From Chiloscyllium plagiosum (lineage: Eukaryota): DNA of 64,000 bases. The notes under the pieces are model-generated. The model saw only the letters and a list, made by a program, of their open reading frames with translations. It was not told where the DNA came from and searched no databases. Below are positions 12,076-23,533 of the stretch, in pieces (position 1 is the first letter of the stretch; every line of letters starts with the position of its first letter). A program made the position numbers and the translations under genes. The stretch is taken from contig NC_057718.1 of assembly GCF_004010195.1 (NCBI RefSeq), forward strand, positions 17,738,028-17,802,027, in the 5' to 3' direction.

Positions 12076-15000
12076 GGAAGGGGAATGGTCGTGGTGGTGG
12101 GAGAGGAGGAAATAAAACTGCACTATAAAGAGGAAGATGAAAATTAGTGAATAACAAAAAAAAACAGAATCAGTGAGGTGACTAAGTGAGAAAGTGTGAG
12201 CCAAGCAGAGAGACAATTACAGAAAGAATGGAAATGAATAAATTGGCTTCTATTTTTGTCTGTGAGCAACGCCATGGGAGATGAGCCAGTACACTGAGAA
12301 ATGAGACGTCAAAATGAGAAGCTGCAATTTATTTTCCCTCAAATATCTTGTACATGGCATGTCAAACCACAACATTACCGAGGTCAGTCTTGTTAGAAGT
12401 AGAAAACTCTATGTGATGACATTTCTTGTAATTAAAGATAGAAGGTTTTGTGGTTTTTCTGTTTATTGTATGTGATCTATCTTTGGTTGATGCTGTGGAG
12501 GACTGTCAACACAGACATCCCAAAATGTCAAGGTGCGGTAGGGAGGGGGGGGGGAGGGGTGTGTGACATTCTTAATTGGCTGCAGGCCCTTGTTTGGGGT
12601 GGTGGGGCAGCTTCACTTAAAACAATAGAGCCTCAGTCTCCTGCTCAATTGTCGAAAAGCTAGATAGACAGTTTGGGGCAGGGGAGTGTCAGGAAATTGG
12701 GTGACTGTTGGGCTAGAGTAGTATGTGCCTGTCAGCAATCTGGAGCTGGAGATGGAGGAAAGTTTTGTGAATAGAGTGGACGGGGGAGTGGAATGGGGGG
12801 TTTGGTAGAGACTGGGGACAGGGGTAGATGACTGGGTATATGTCTGTAATCAGCTGGAGAGGATGGCATTGAGGGGTGGAGAGGTGTAATTTTTACCCTG
12901 ATTGAAGGGTGGCACAAGCAAGGCCATTGGATTCCAAGCTTTTAATGCAAGGGGCTCAGTGAACACCTCTTCAAACTGTAGCATTTATTTCTTTCAATGT
13001 GGAAACAAAAGGCCCCGAAAAGGCCACCTTTCATCCCTGTAAAGTGTCAGCGTCACACTGCTTCAAGGTGAAACAGTTACAAAAATACCATCAGGTTTAT
13101 CATCAGTTTCTCTTGCTTATTGTTGACCTTCTGCTTTCTCTCACAGAAAGAGGAGAAGGCCATTCAGCCCCTTGAACCCATTCACCATTCAATTAAGTCA
13201 GGGCTATTCAGTACTATCTTTCCTGAGGGTGTCCCTCGAATCAGAAACATATTTAATTCTGTATGGAGCTTGATGGTGAAGTGCTGGTGCAATATGATCA
13301 ACCACAGGGTGCGTCAAAACTGTGCTCAATTCTGTCACTGCCTGGCAATCCTTCTTTTGTCACGGGTTGCTAGGCAGCAGTAATGGCAGCCATATTGGTT
13401 GAAGTTGTTCTCTCAAAATCCAGGGTTCTTGGTTATGAATGATGACTACTCCTTGGACTTCCCAAATCTGTTATGGCTTTGTGAATGAGCTACCCAGCTT
13501 TCATTTCTCTTATCAGAAGCTGGAAGTCTACTCAACAGCCAAGCATGTGCCACGTGAACTGTGAGCCTTTACTGAGCCTGTAGGCTTGCACTGGAGAAAC
13601 AGGAGAACTGGATGGATAAATCTGATGCAGAACAATGAGCAAGTCACCCACCTTAAAATACCCCCAAGGACAATGAGTTGAAGGCCACGGTTTTATTAGC
13701 CCCTCGGTGTATTGGGAGGCTGGGGGAAGGATTCAGGGCCAGGAATATGACAGGGGTCCATGGAGAGATGATGATCACTCCCAGGATGCAGGTACCCGAT
13801 GAGCATGCTGGCCTAACTCATGGGTCCTCTGGCAGGAAGGCATTCTGGCGATTGTCCTTCACTGTTTCTTAAAAATCTGCCTCTTCAAACTCCTGAGGTG
13901 TCCTTCTTGCCACAGACACTTCCTCTGGTGGCGTTGCTGAGCTGTGGAGCTTCTGGGCCTATGGGAGATTGGCAGAAGCAGATTCCTGCTTAAATTTGAT
14001 GGTGGGTCCACAAGGAGTCAACGAAGAGGCAGCTTTTGGTAAAACTGGTCTTGCTCCAAATCTGCTGCTTGCTGTTTTAGCTTTGGGTGCACGGAACATT
14101 GAAAGATCAGGGTGCCCCCGATGTGCTTGAGGGCCAGCGAGGTATCTTTTTGAACCAAAGGGACTGCCAATGGATGGCAGCGGAACCGCAGACAGCAATG
14201 AGGAAATTATCCGAATGCCATGCAGGTGACTGTCATAGAGTCAAGCAGCATGGAAACAGGCCCTTCGGCCCACCATGCCTATGCCAACAAGCAGATACCA
14301 GACTACATCAAATGTGAAGTGGAGATTTCCCCTAGGAGAGGGGGTGGTGGGTTGGATCTTGGATGCCCCGAGAACTCCTGATTGCGGGCTTTTGACCCAT
14401 CCCAGCGACAACAGGGTGTTAAAACAAAAGGAGGCAAGTGCCCCAAGCCAACCCCCTTCAAACAAAATGTAAATATTAATGAAAGGATTCAGAGGCATAT
14501 GTTGGTCTGACTGATAAGCACAGCACACCTGTTTAACACTTCACGCTGTGACATCCATCTTAGCCTGGTTACCTTGCTAATTCTCGGTGACAGACAGACA
14601 GAAATAAGAAACCCCACTGACAGTCAGTGTTGAGTGGTAACAGGAAGCTGGTGCCTGTGACAGACCATATCTCCCCCAGGCAGGTGGGGAATTGACAGCT
14701 GGGAGGGTTTAGTCTCACTCTTCCTCAGGTTTTAAAAGGCCTACCTTGCTTTCCATTGTTTTTTATTTTGGCTGCAAAGCAATCTGTTGCTCCCGGAACA
14801 CGGGAAAACAGCAGCTGCGGTGACCGTGGTTAGTGACAGAGAGAGCGCTTACATGGGTCCTCTGTGAGTGGCAATCTCATCCTAAGTTCACGAAAGTATG
14901 TTCTAAAAACCTCACTTGAATTTAACCGGACTGAAATCTGACAAATGTGGAAATGATAACCCCTAATTAATTCTGTTACCACATGAAGGGCTGTTTGGCA

Positions 15001-16683
15001 GATTAACAAATCAGTTTTATGGCAATATGAGTTCATATAACTATTATTCAGACATCCTTATTGTTAAGTATTCCCTATTCAGAGAGAGAGGGAGGGAAAA
15101 AAATAGAATTACCAGGAATATCTAACATCCATAAAAGTCCCAATACAGAAAGAGCAGCTGCTGAATAGTTTAACCCGTCTCCAAGGAAACATTAGGACCC
15201 CAGTTTCCACGCTTTACATTTGACCTTTCATCTCTATGGTAACATTTTGTTCGGGTTGCCATGGAAGCGAGCATCTGTTGCCGCTAGAGTGTCTGGCAAG
15301 GTGACAAGGCCTAGGGTCCGAGCAAACATCAGGAACGCCTCATCACACCAGCCAGGTACACAGCCAAACGGAAGAGGGGAGAGAAAGGCCTTCTGCACAC
15401 CAGGAATAATTCAGGCCAAACACAGGCCCGGGTTTTACTCCAGCTGAAAAATCTTCAGCTACCATGTGCTCAAAATGCTAAGTGGAGTGTGTGCTCAATC
15501 GAGATCATTACTTTCAGGGGAGCAGAACATTTTTTTGCAGATTAAAGCTGGGAGCATGGAATTTGAAGGAAATACAGACAGAAAAGAAAAGGCCTGCTAG
15601 ATCTTTTACACTGAGTGACAGGACTGTCCTTGATTCAAGGAGAAATAATAGATGACACCTGCGATGCTGCCGATTGAGATCTATTCATTGTAATGCTATG
15701 GGTCTCAAGAAGGAATTGGATATTGTTCATTGGGCTAAAGAGATCAAAGGGTATGGGGAGAAAGCAGGAACAGAGCTGGATGATCAGATATGATCATAGG
15801 AAATGGCAGCAGTGGAGGCTTCAAGGGCTGAATGGCCTACTCCTGATCCTAAGTTTCTGTGTACTCTCCGATTATTTGTTTTTATCATGTGCCTATCCAA
15901 TTCCCTTTTAAAACTGATTTGACTTCAACACCCATTTGGTGTAATGCATTTCATATTCTAGCAACTAGTCTACTTGGTGGGAATCATTCTAATCTTTGCA
16001 ATGTGCACTGATTTTATTGTTTTTAATTCATCAAATCAGTGGAAGTGAGCTCTCACTATTTACTCCTCAGGCTCCTCCAAGATTTCAAACACTCCAATTA
16101 GATTCCAGCCTCCTTAATCCTTTTTCTTCTTCAGGTTACAGTATGAATGATTGTGGATTGGCTGGTGATCCATTGTGGGTGGGAGAGTGGGGTGGGCACT
16201 GGGACTGGGAAGAAATGAGTTGGAGGCAGTGGGTCCACATGGTTTCTTTGTATTTGAAAAGCTGTTTCCAAAGATAATGTGTTCAAAGTACTTATGTGGC
16301 ATGTTGCTTTCCACCAGACTGTCAAAACGCCAATGGATTGAACTACAGACATCATGTGTTTAAAGACTGCAGGTATGGCCAATAGCCAAGTTTGGATAAC
16401 AACACCGGATTTTCCAACTCCATTTTGATTCAACCTCCTCCCTCACTTTTGATGGTTCAGATTGTCCTTAACAAGATTTGCATGTAAATATCTAATTGGC
16501 TACACGGGTAATTTACTGGCGATGACTGATAGTTAAATTAAAAACTGGATTTATCTCCCCTTCCAAATCCATTTTGATTTAGCCGCCTCCCTTTTTCCCG
16601 ACTTCTCCCCCTTTTTAGATGGCTTGCATTTCTCTTAATAGACTTTGCTTGTGAATTAATCAATTGAATAACTTGGTGGTGGT

Positions 16684-16993
16684 TAGATTAGATTACATTA
16701 CAGTGTGGAAACAGGCCCTTCGGCCCAACAAGTCCACACCGCCCCGCCGAAGCGCAACCCACCCATACCCTTACATTTACCCCTTACCTAACACTACAGG
16801 CAATTTAGCATGGCCAATTCACCTGACCTGCACATCTTTGGACTATGGGAGGAAACCGGAGCACCCGGAGGAAACCCACTCCGACATGGGGAGAATGTGC
16901 AAACTCCACACAGTCAGTCGCCTGAGGCGGGAATTGAACCCGGGTCTCTGGCGCTGTGAGGCAGCAGTGCTAACCACTGTGCCACCGTGCCGC
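16684..16993 (-). mobile_element. HE1-type V-SINE, full length
   Basis: tRNA-like head with A and B boxes (GGCACAGTGGTTAGC...GGTTCAATTCC), V-domain core TGTGTGGAGTTTGCAC..GGGTTTCCTCCGGGTGCTCCGG, and (TCTAA)n tail. Confidence 0.92.
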
Positions 16994-17014
16994 AGTAGTT
17001 AGCACTGAAATAGA

Positions 17015-18083
17015 TGACTTTTGCTGTAAAGGTTTGATATTTTATTGGTGTTAGAAACCACTGGCAGAAGAGATGCTACTAGTTTTCGGCATGTGGTCAT
17101 GAGATCATACCAGGTACAGACACAGTTTCATTTGCACATTGCATAGTGATCTTGCATAAAGAGAGGTGGTGCGACATTACGGTGTTTGGCGACATTACGA
17201 TTGTGCCGTCAGCAGTTAAGTTCTGGACTGGGACTTGAAAGTGGATCTTCTGGCAGTAACACTCACTGTACTACAAGACCTCTCCTATGTTCCTCCAGAT
17301 AACTTTTAAAATAATAGATGAAAAAAAACTTACGGGTGATTAGAAAAACAAAATCTTTCAGTTGGACCAGCCGCCCGCTTCACATTGTTCTTGGAGGTGG
17401 TAGGGTATGGGTTGGGTATCCATTGATGCAAAGCAAGAACTCAACTGAGCTGCTTAAAAACTGATGAAGTCCTGATGATCAAGGGCGGCTGGTGGGTGGC
17501 AGGGGGTAGGTTGGTGGTGGTAGTGGTGTGGCTCGAGGGGTCTGCCTTCCATTTTTACCACTCCACCATCACCAGTCTTTCTCTTCTCACTCCTGGAGTG
17601 TGCAAGGCAGACAGCGCACGTGCTTAATGTCTGTTCCTACTGCTAGATAATCTTGAAACATGTTGCTAGCCTGTCATCACAGGATGCTACTTGAAGGGGT
17701 CACCACACTGCATCGAACATTGTTGACCAAAAGACTCTCCCACTGTTACCACTATGTATAGGCACAATGGAAAGGTTTAGGTTTTGATAATAAACTTGTT
17801 TGGCTACACTACGATTGTGCCATCAGCAGTTAAGTTCTGGACTGGGACTTGAAAGTGGATCTTCTGGCAGTAACACTCACTGTACTACAAGACCTCTCCT
17901 ATGTTCCTCCAGATAACTTTTAAAAGCACCACCTCTCTTTACGCAAGATCACTATGCAATGTGCAAATGAAACTGTGTCTGTACCTGGTATGATCTCATG
18001 ACCACATGCCGAAAACTAGTAGCATCTCTTCTGCCAGTGGTTTCTAACACCAATAAAATATCAAACCTTTACAGCAAAAGTCA
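17015..18083. repeat. Complex local duplication: A(17015-17172)-B(17183-17311)...B'(17797-17925)-revcomp A(17926-18083)
   Basis: Direct base-by-base comparison shows near identity: about 1 mismatch in A and about 3 in B. Confidence 0.95.
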
Positions 18084-18433
18084 GTGCTGACAGGACTTCG
18101 TCAATAATGCAACAAGACTTGGACAATATCCAGGCTTGCATTGAAAAGTGGCAAGTAACATTCACACCATCCAAATGCTAAGCAATGACAATCTCCAAAG
18201 AGAAGGAGTCCCTTGACATTCAAAGCAGTACCATCACTGAATCCTCCAGCATCAACAGCCTGGGGGTTACCATTGACCAGAAACTGAACTGGACTCACCA
18301 TATAAATACAGAGGTAAAAACAATGACTACAGATACTGGAAACCAGATTCTGGATTAGTGGTGCTGGAAGAGCACAGCAGTTCAGGCAGCATCCAAGGAG
18401 CTTCGAAATCGACATTTTGGGCAAAAGCCCTTA

Positions 18434-18468
18434 TTCCTGATGAAGGGCTTTTGCCCGAAACGTCGATT
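18434..18468 (+). ncRNA. Minimal hammerhead ribozyme motif (PLE type)
   Basis: CTGATGA-A-GGGC-TTTT-GCCC-GAAA-CGTC: intact core, 4-bp stem II, palindromic ACGU in place of helix III, GUC triplet. Helix I is weak. Confidence 0.75.
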
Positions 18469-18636
18469 TCGAAGCTCCTTGGATGCTGCCTGAACTGCTG
18501 TGCTCTTCCAGCACCACTAATTCAGAATCTGGTTTCCAGCATCTGCAGTCATTGTTTTTACCTCGTTGATTTTAACCCTACTGCGAATCCTCTTGCAAGG
18601 ATGCCTGCCTTGAAGAAGTTTTCCTCCTCTGCTTTA

Positions 18637-18671
18637 TTCCTGATGAAGGGCTTTTGCCCGAAACATCGATT
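18637..18671 (+). ncRNA. Minimal hammerhead ribozyme motif, second tandem copy
   Basis: CTGATGAAGGGCTTTTGCCCGAAACATC, 203 nt downstream of the first copy, with one CpG-type change. Confidence 0.65.
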
Positions 18672-19290
18672 TCGAAGCTCCTTGGATGCTGCCTGAACTG
18701 CTGTGCTCTTCCAGTACCACTAATCAGAATATAAATACAGAGGCTATAATAGCAGGTCAGAGGCTAGGAAACCTATAGGGAATAATTCTCTTGAGTCTTC
18801 AAAGCCTGTCCACAAGTCAGGAGTGTGATAGAATATTTCCCCCTTGCCTGGATGAATGCAGCTCCAATAACACTCATGAAGCTCATTACCATCCGGGATA
18901 AGCAGCCCGCTTGATTGTCTGTGGATGTGGTGCCATGCTGTCTCTCCACCACTGACGCTCAGTAGCAGAGTGTACCATTCACAAGATACACTGCAGAAAT
19001 TCGCCAAGGCTCCTTAGACAGCACCTTCCAAACTCACATTCACTTCCATCTAGAAGGACAAGGGCAGCAGGTGCATAGGAACATTAATGCCTGCCAAGTT
19101 CCCTTCCAAGCCACTCACCTTCCCACCTTGAAAATATATCACCAATTCTTTGGTGTTGCTGGACGAATCATGGACCTTCCCCACTAACACCTTGCGGGTC
19201 TATCTACGGAATATGGACTTCAGCAGTTCAAGAAGACAGCTCACCACCAGTTTCTCAACGGGATGTAGGGATTGACAATAAATGCTGGCC

Positions 19291-19416
19291 GAAAGTGAGG
19301 GCTGCAGATGGTGGATATGAGAGTCGAGAGTGTGGTGTTGGAAAAGCACAGCAGGTCAGTCAGCATCCGAGGAGCAGGAGAATCGACATTTCGGGCAAAA
19401 GCCCTTCATCAGGAAT
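19291..19416 (-). mobile_element. Solo PLE terminal repeat with a hammerhead motif (19385-19412) and a 14-bp TSD
   Basis: The minus strand reads ATTCCTGATGAAGGGCTTTTGCCCGAAATGTCGATTCTCC. AATAAATGCTGGCC occurs at 19277-19290 and 19414-19427. Confidence 0.85.
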
Positions 19417-20440
19417 AAATGCTGGCCAGCCAGTGATGTTCACATCCCATGAGTGAATAAAAACAACAATCACTTAAATCAGGTAAGGTTGCCAGCTATG
19501 TGTTAGCGATGTTTTAACTTCACTACAGTGCCAAAATTGTAATCAAGCAGGTAACCACTGTACCTCCAAAGAACAACCAGAGTGTTCCTTTAAAGATAAA
19601 ATAATCTGTTCCAACATATCATGACACGTATCTAGGCTAGGTAAGATGTGAACGCGGATCTTTGCCCAATGTTAGGAACTCCACGACAAGAGGCTCTACC
19701 AAAGTGAATGGAATATGAAGGGATCTTGTGGTCACCTCAGTTAGCTAAACTGATAATAGTTCATCATAACTGATTTCATTCTAAGGGTTTTCCCCAACAT
19801 GAAAAAGGAGAATAACTTCATTCAATGGATTTCCACTTGTAGGCGATTTAATTCTGTGTAGTTTGTACTGTGCAAGCAAATTGTCCTCAGTTGTCTGACA
19901 CTGGAAGCCGATTACATAGGCTTCTTACTTTCAACATGGAATGATAGGATCACTAAAACTTATAAAGGAGAACATTTGGCCCAGTGAGCCAGTTCCGGCT
20001 TTTTTGCATGAGTAATTTAGGTAACCACATTTCACTGCCTTTTCATCATGGCCTTGAAAAGCTTTCTGTTCGTGTGCTTATCCAATTCAACTTTGAATAC
20101 TACAACTGAATACGCCTCCATGACTCTCACATGGTACATTCCAGATCCTAATCACTCGCTGTATGAAAAGGGTTTTCCCTCATGGTGATTTTGGTCCTTT
20201 AACCATTCCAGTGCCCCATGGTTCTCCATCCTTCTGCCAGTAGACCTCAGTTTCTGCCTCCTCACGATGGCCAGATTTCTTGCGTTTCTAAGCATACCTC
20301 CTCTCAAGGAAACAATCCCATCTTTTCCAATCTATCCACATACTTGCACACCCTGTAAGTGAACATGTTTGCGAGTATGAAATTTCTGTGTACATTTGTG
20401 AATATGTGCAGCATGCAAGCATGTTTGCATTCATGATTCT

Positions 20441-21020
20441 GGTGGGATTTTACAATTTACTGCAGTCTCATCACCCTCCCACACTGGCTAAAATGTCAGG
20501 GGTGGGGAGCAGCCCCAGCCATAATCCCAATTGTTTCTTGGGCAATAATGCAATGTTGGAAGCAGGGTTAATTCCTTTAAGGTGAGACTTTCATACATTT
20601 CTTGAGGGGTCCTGGTGACAGTGCTTTCCCCAGCAGCGCCAGCCAGGCGTGGTGGCTGTTGCTGGAACTTCAAGAACGCCCAAGACATTGTGGAGGAAGT
20701 CTGTGGTCTGGAGGGGGAACTTGTGGGGGGGGGGGGGGGGGGGGGGCGTCTCCTTGATAGGCCCAGGATTTCTGCAAAGGAAGCCTTTCCCCTCGCCCTA
20801 CATCAGGCTAGGCATCCTCTCCCAAGGCAGGGTGAAACCATTTGGTCATCATTAATTGGTCACTTACAGGCCTCATTAGGTTTAAGGCCATTATGGTCAC
20901 CCAGCACCTCCTTTGCATCTTTCAGGCAGCGTGGGTGTGCATCAAAAGGAAAGGCCACCCATTAAGTTTTACAAGTCCCAGGCCTTCCAGCCCACCAGTG
21001 ACAGAGCAGGAAATCCAGCC
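20441..21020. mobile_element. Putative non-autonomous DNA transposon (MITE, possibly PIF/Harbinger type)
   Basis: GC-richer block bounded by imperfect terminal inverted repeats GGTGGGATTTTAC / GGAAATCCAGCC. The superfamily assignment is inference. Confidence 0.4.
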
Positions 21021-21642
21021 ATTGTGTCAACTTTGAAGGTGCTTTTGAACAAATGCATTGTGTGCTTCTGTGGTGCTGACTATAAACTTACATATAACAT
21101 CTGTATGCTCTATATGTGTCTGTGCTATGTCACTGTGTGTTTTTTACATTGTGTGTACATGTGCTCACTGTGTGCATTTTTGCCTGGAAGATGTATTTAG
21201 TTACAAAAGTAAAATGTGGCTTGGTTTTGGTATGCTTTTGGCCTTTAGGCTGAAGTAGTCATTTATTGGACCTGCCACCTAGTTGTTCAGATGCCTCTCA
21301 TACCTACATCTGCTGAAGCACTATATAAATTAAATATATAAACATTATTAGACAAACCACAGAAAGCAGCTTCTCTCAAGCGTCTCATTATAATAGTGCG
21401 TTGAGTTAGTAAAAGGCCTATTGTCTATAAAAATCCAAGAATGTATCATTCACAATGTTGGCTACGAGTTTGGTTAAACAAGAAGCAAGTTCCAGTCTAA
21501 ACTCTGTATTGTATATGCCTGTAGGTTTTCCATTGGACTTCACAAGGAATTCACTGGCACATCAGCCAATGTTCCCTTCAAAGAAATATTCCATGAAGTG
21601 GATGACGTAGTGGATTAGGATACTGTCTTTTCAATTCTAGAA

Positions 21643-22682
21643 GGAGAAAGTGAGGACTGCAGATGCTGGAGATCAGGGCTGAAAATGTATTGCTGGAAAA
21701 GCGCAGCAGGTCAGGCAGCATCCAAGGAGCAGGGGAGTCAACGTTTCGGGCATGAGCCCTTCTTCAGGAATGAGGAAAATGTGCCAAGCAGGCTAAGATA
21801 AAAGGTAGGGAGGAGGGACTTGGGGGAGGGGTGTTGGAAATGCTATAGGTGAAAGGAGGTTAAGGTGAGGGTGATAGGCCGGAGTGGGGGTGGGGCNNNN
21901 NNNNNNNNNNNNNNNNNNNNNNNNNNNNNNNNNNNNNNNNNNNNNNNNNNNNNNNNNNNNNNNNNNNNNNNNNNNNNNNNNNNNNNNNNNNNNNNNNNNN
22001 NNNNNNNNNNNNNNNNNNNNNNNNNNNNNNNNNNNNNNNNNNNNNNNNNNNNNNNNNNNNNNNNNNNNNNNNNNNNNNNNNNNNNNNNNNNNNNNNNNNN
22101 NNNNNNNNNNNNNNNNNNNNNNNNNNNNNNNNNNNNNNNNNNNNNNNNNNNNNNNNNNNNNNNNNNNNNNNNNNNNNNNNNNNNNNNNNNNNNNNNNNNN
22201 NNNNNNNNNNNNNNNNNNNNNNNNNNNNNNNNNNNNNNNNNNNNNNNNNNNNNNNNNNNNNNNNNNNNNNNNNNNNNNNNNNNNNNNNNNNNNNNNNNNN
22301 NNNNNNNNNNNNNNNNNNNNNNNNNNNNNNNNNNNNNNNNNNNNNNNNNNNNNNNNNNNNNNNNNNNNNNNNNNNNNNNNNNNNNNNNNNNNNNNNNNNN
22401 NNNNNNNNNNNNNNNNNNNNNNNNNNNNNNNNNNNNNNNNNNNNNNNNNNNNNNNNNNNNNNNNNNNNNNNNNNNNNNNNNNNNNNNNNNNNNNNNNNNN
22501 NNNNNNNNNNNNNNNNNNNNNNNNNNTGGGTTATTCGGTATTGGAACTGGTCCTCCTGGGAGCAGATGCAGCGGAGACGAAGGAATTGGGAATATGGGAT
22601 GGCGTTTTTACAGGGGGCAGGGTGGGAGGAGGTGTAGTCTAGGTAGCTGTGGGAGTCGGTCGGTTTATAGTAAATGTCCATG
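21643..22682 (-). mobile_element. Penelope-like retroelement, 5'-truncated (RT thumb, gap, terminal repeat with hammerhead at 21740-21767)
   Basis: DIYYKPTDSHSYLDYTSSHPAPCKNAIPYSQFLRLRCICS is characteristic of the PLE RT C-terminal region. TTTCAATTCTAGAA is duplicated at 21629-21642 and 22683-22696. The minus strand reads CTGAAGAAGGGCTCATGCCCGAAACGTT. Confidence 0.9.
21897..22526. other. Assembly gap (630 N)
   Basis: Run of n characters. Confidence 1.
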
Positions 22683-23205
22683 TTTCAATTCTAGAACCAA
22701 GGTTTGAAGATAACTAGTGGTTGTGAGGTCTCTTTACTGCCTCCAAGGGACATGAAGTGGTCTCAAAATATCAAAAGTGCTTCTAAGTTCAAATGATAAA
22801 AAGCAGAGACTTTTAAAAAGGCTTTTTTTAGTGGGGATTTCCCTGTACATAGCCAAGAACCATCTGTACTACTGAAAGACAGAGCTAGCTACCCGAAAGA
22901 ATGCAGCAACTATACTACAGAATTGCCTTTGATTGGTATAAATCATCAGAAACACACATTCGTGACTTTAACAAACATAGCATGATTCAGAAATGCTGCA
23001 ATGAATCGATGACCTCGTTCATATCCTGGGAAATCTCCTCAGATGTGCACAGACCAGGTTTCCCAGTTTGAAACCTGTGCTGAAAACAGTGAGAGGATGT
23101 AAGGCTGGGAAATGCATTAACTCTAATGTAAGTTCCAGGAGACATTCCTCTTGAGACTGAAGTTGCAGTACATTGTTGACAAGAATGGAGTAGTGCTTCG
23201 GTAGT

Positions 23206-23533
23206 GGGGCGGCACAGTGGCTCAGTGGCTAGCACTGCTGCCTCACAGCGCCAGGGACACAGGTTCGATTCTAGCTTTGGGTGACTCTCTGTGTGGAGTT
23301 TGCAAATTCTTCCCGTGTCTGTGTGGGTTTCCTCCCACAGTCGAAAGGTGTGCAGGTTAGGTGAACTGCCTGTTATAAATTGCCTATAGTGTTCAGGGAT
23401 GTGTAGGTTAGTTACATTAGACAGGGGTAAATGTAGAGTAGGGAAATGGGTCTGGGTGGGTTTCTCTTCGGAGGGTCGGTGTGGACTTGTTGGGCTAAAG
23501 GGCCTGTTTCTACACTGCAGGGATTCTATGATT
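23206..23533 (+). mobile_element. HE1-type V-SINE, near full length
   Basis: tRNA head GGCACAGTGGCTCAGTGG..GGTTCGATTC, V-domain and CR1-like tail GGATTCTATGATT. Confidence 0.9.

Larger units (their letters stand above)
18311..18730 (+). mobile_element. Penelope-like element remnant: inverted terminal repeat plus tandem terminal repeats, 15-bp TSD
   Basis: Arms of about 122 bp at 18311-18432 and 18443-18564; a second direct copy from about 18636; ATATAAATACAGAGG at 18300-18314 and 18729-18743. Confidence 0.88.
18092..19462 (+). mobile_element. CR1-like LINE (second family) 3' part, degraded, with two PLE insertions
   Basis: ATGCAACAAGACTTGGACAATATCCAGGCT...AAGTGGCAAGTAACATTC (QQDLDNIQA..KWQVTF, RT C-terminal region); tail TAAATGCTGGCC...CATCCCATGAGTGAATAAAAA. 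Confidence 0.8.

Noticed and set aside
13600..14230. GC-richer block with a protein-like minus-strand ORF (13959-14198)
   Set aside because: In-frame stops follow, and there is no recognisable domain or splice support. It is possibly a decayed transposon interior.
16900..16993. tRNA gene
   Set aside because: The A and B boxes belong to a SINE head that runs directly into the V-domain. The same applies to the other SINE copies.
17015..18083. DNA transposon with 158-bp terminal inverted repeats
   Set aside because: There is no TSD around the whole unit. The 9-bp duplication flanks only the left A-B block, which favours a local templated insertion.
21860..22707. 250-280 aa ORFs across the N run
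   Set aside because: Their length is an artefact of the gap. Only the PLE peptide of about 50 aa is real.
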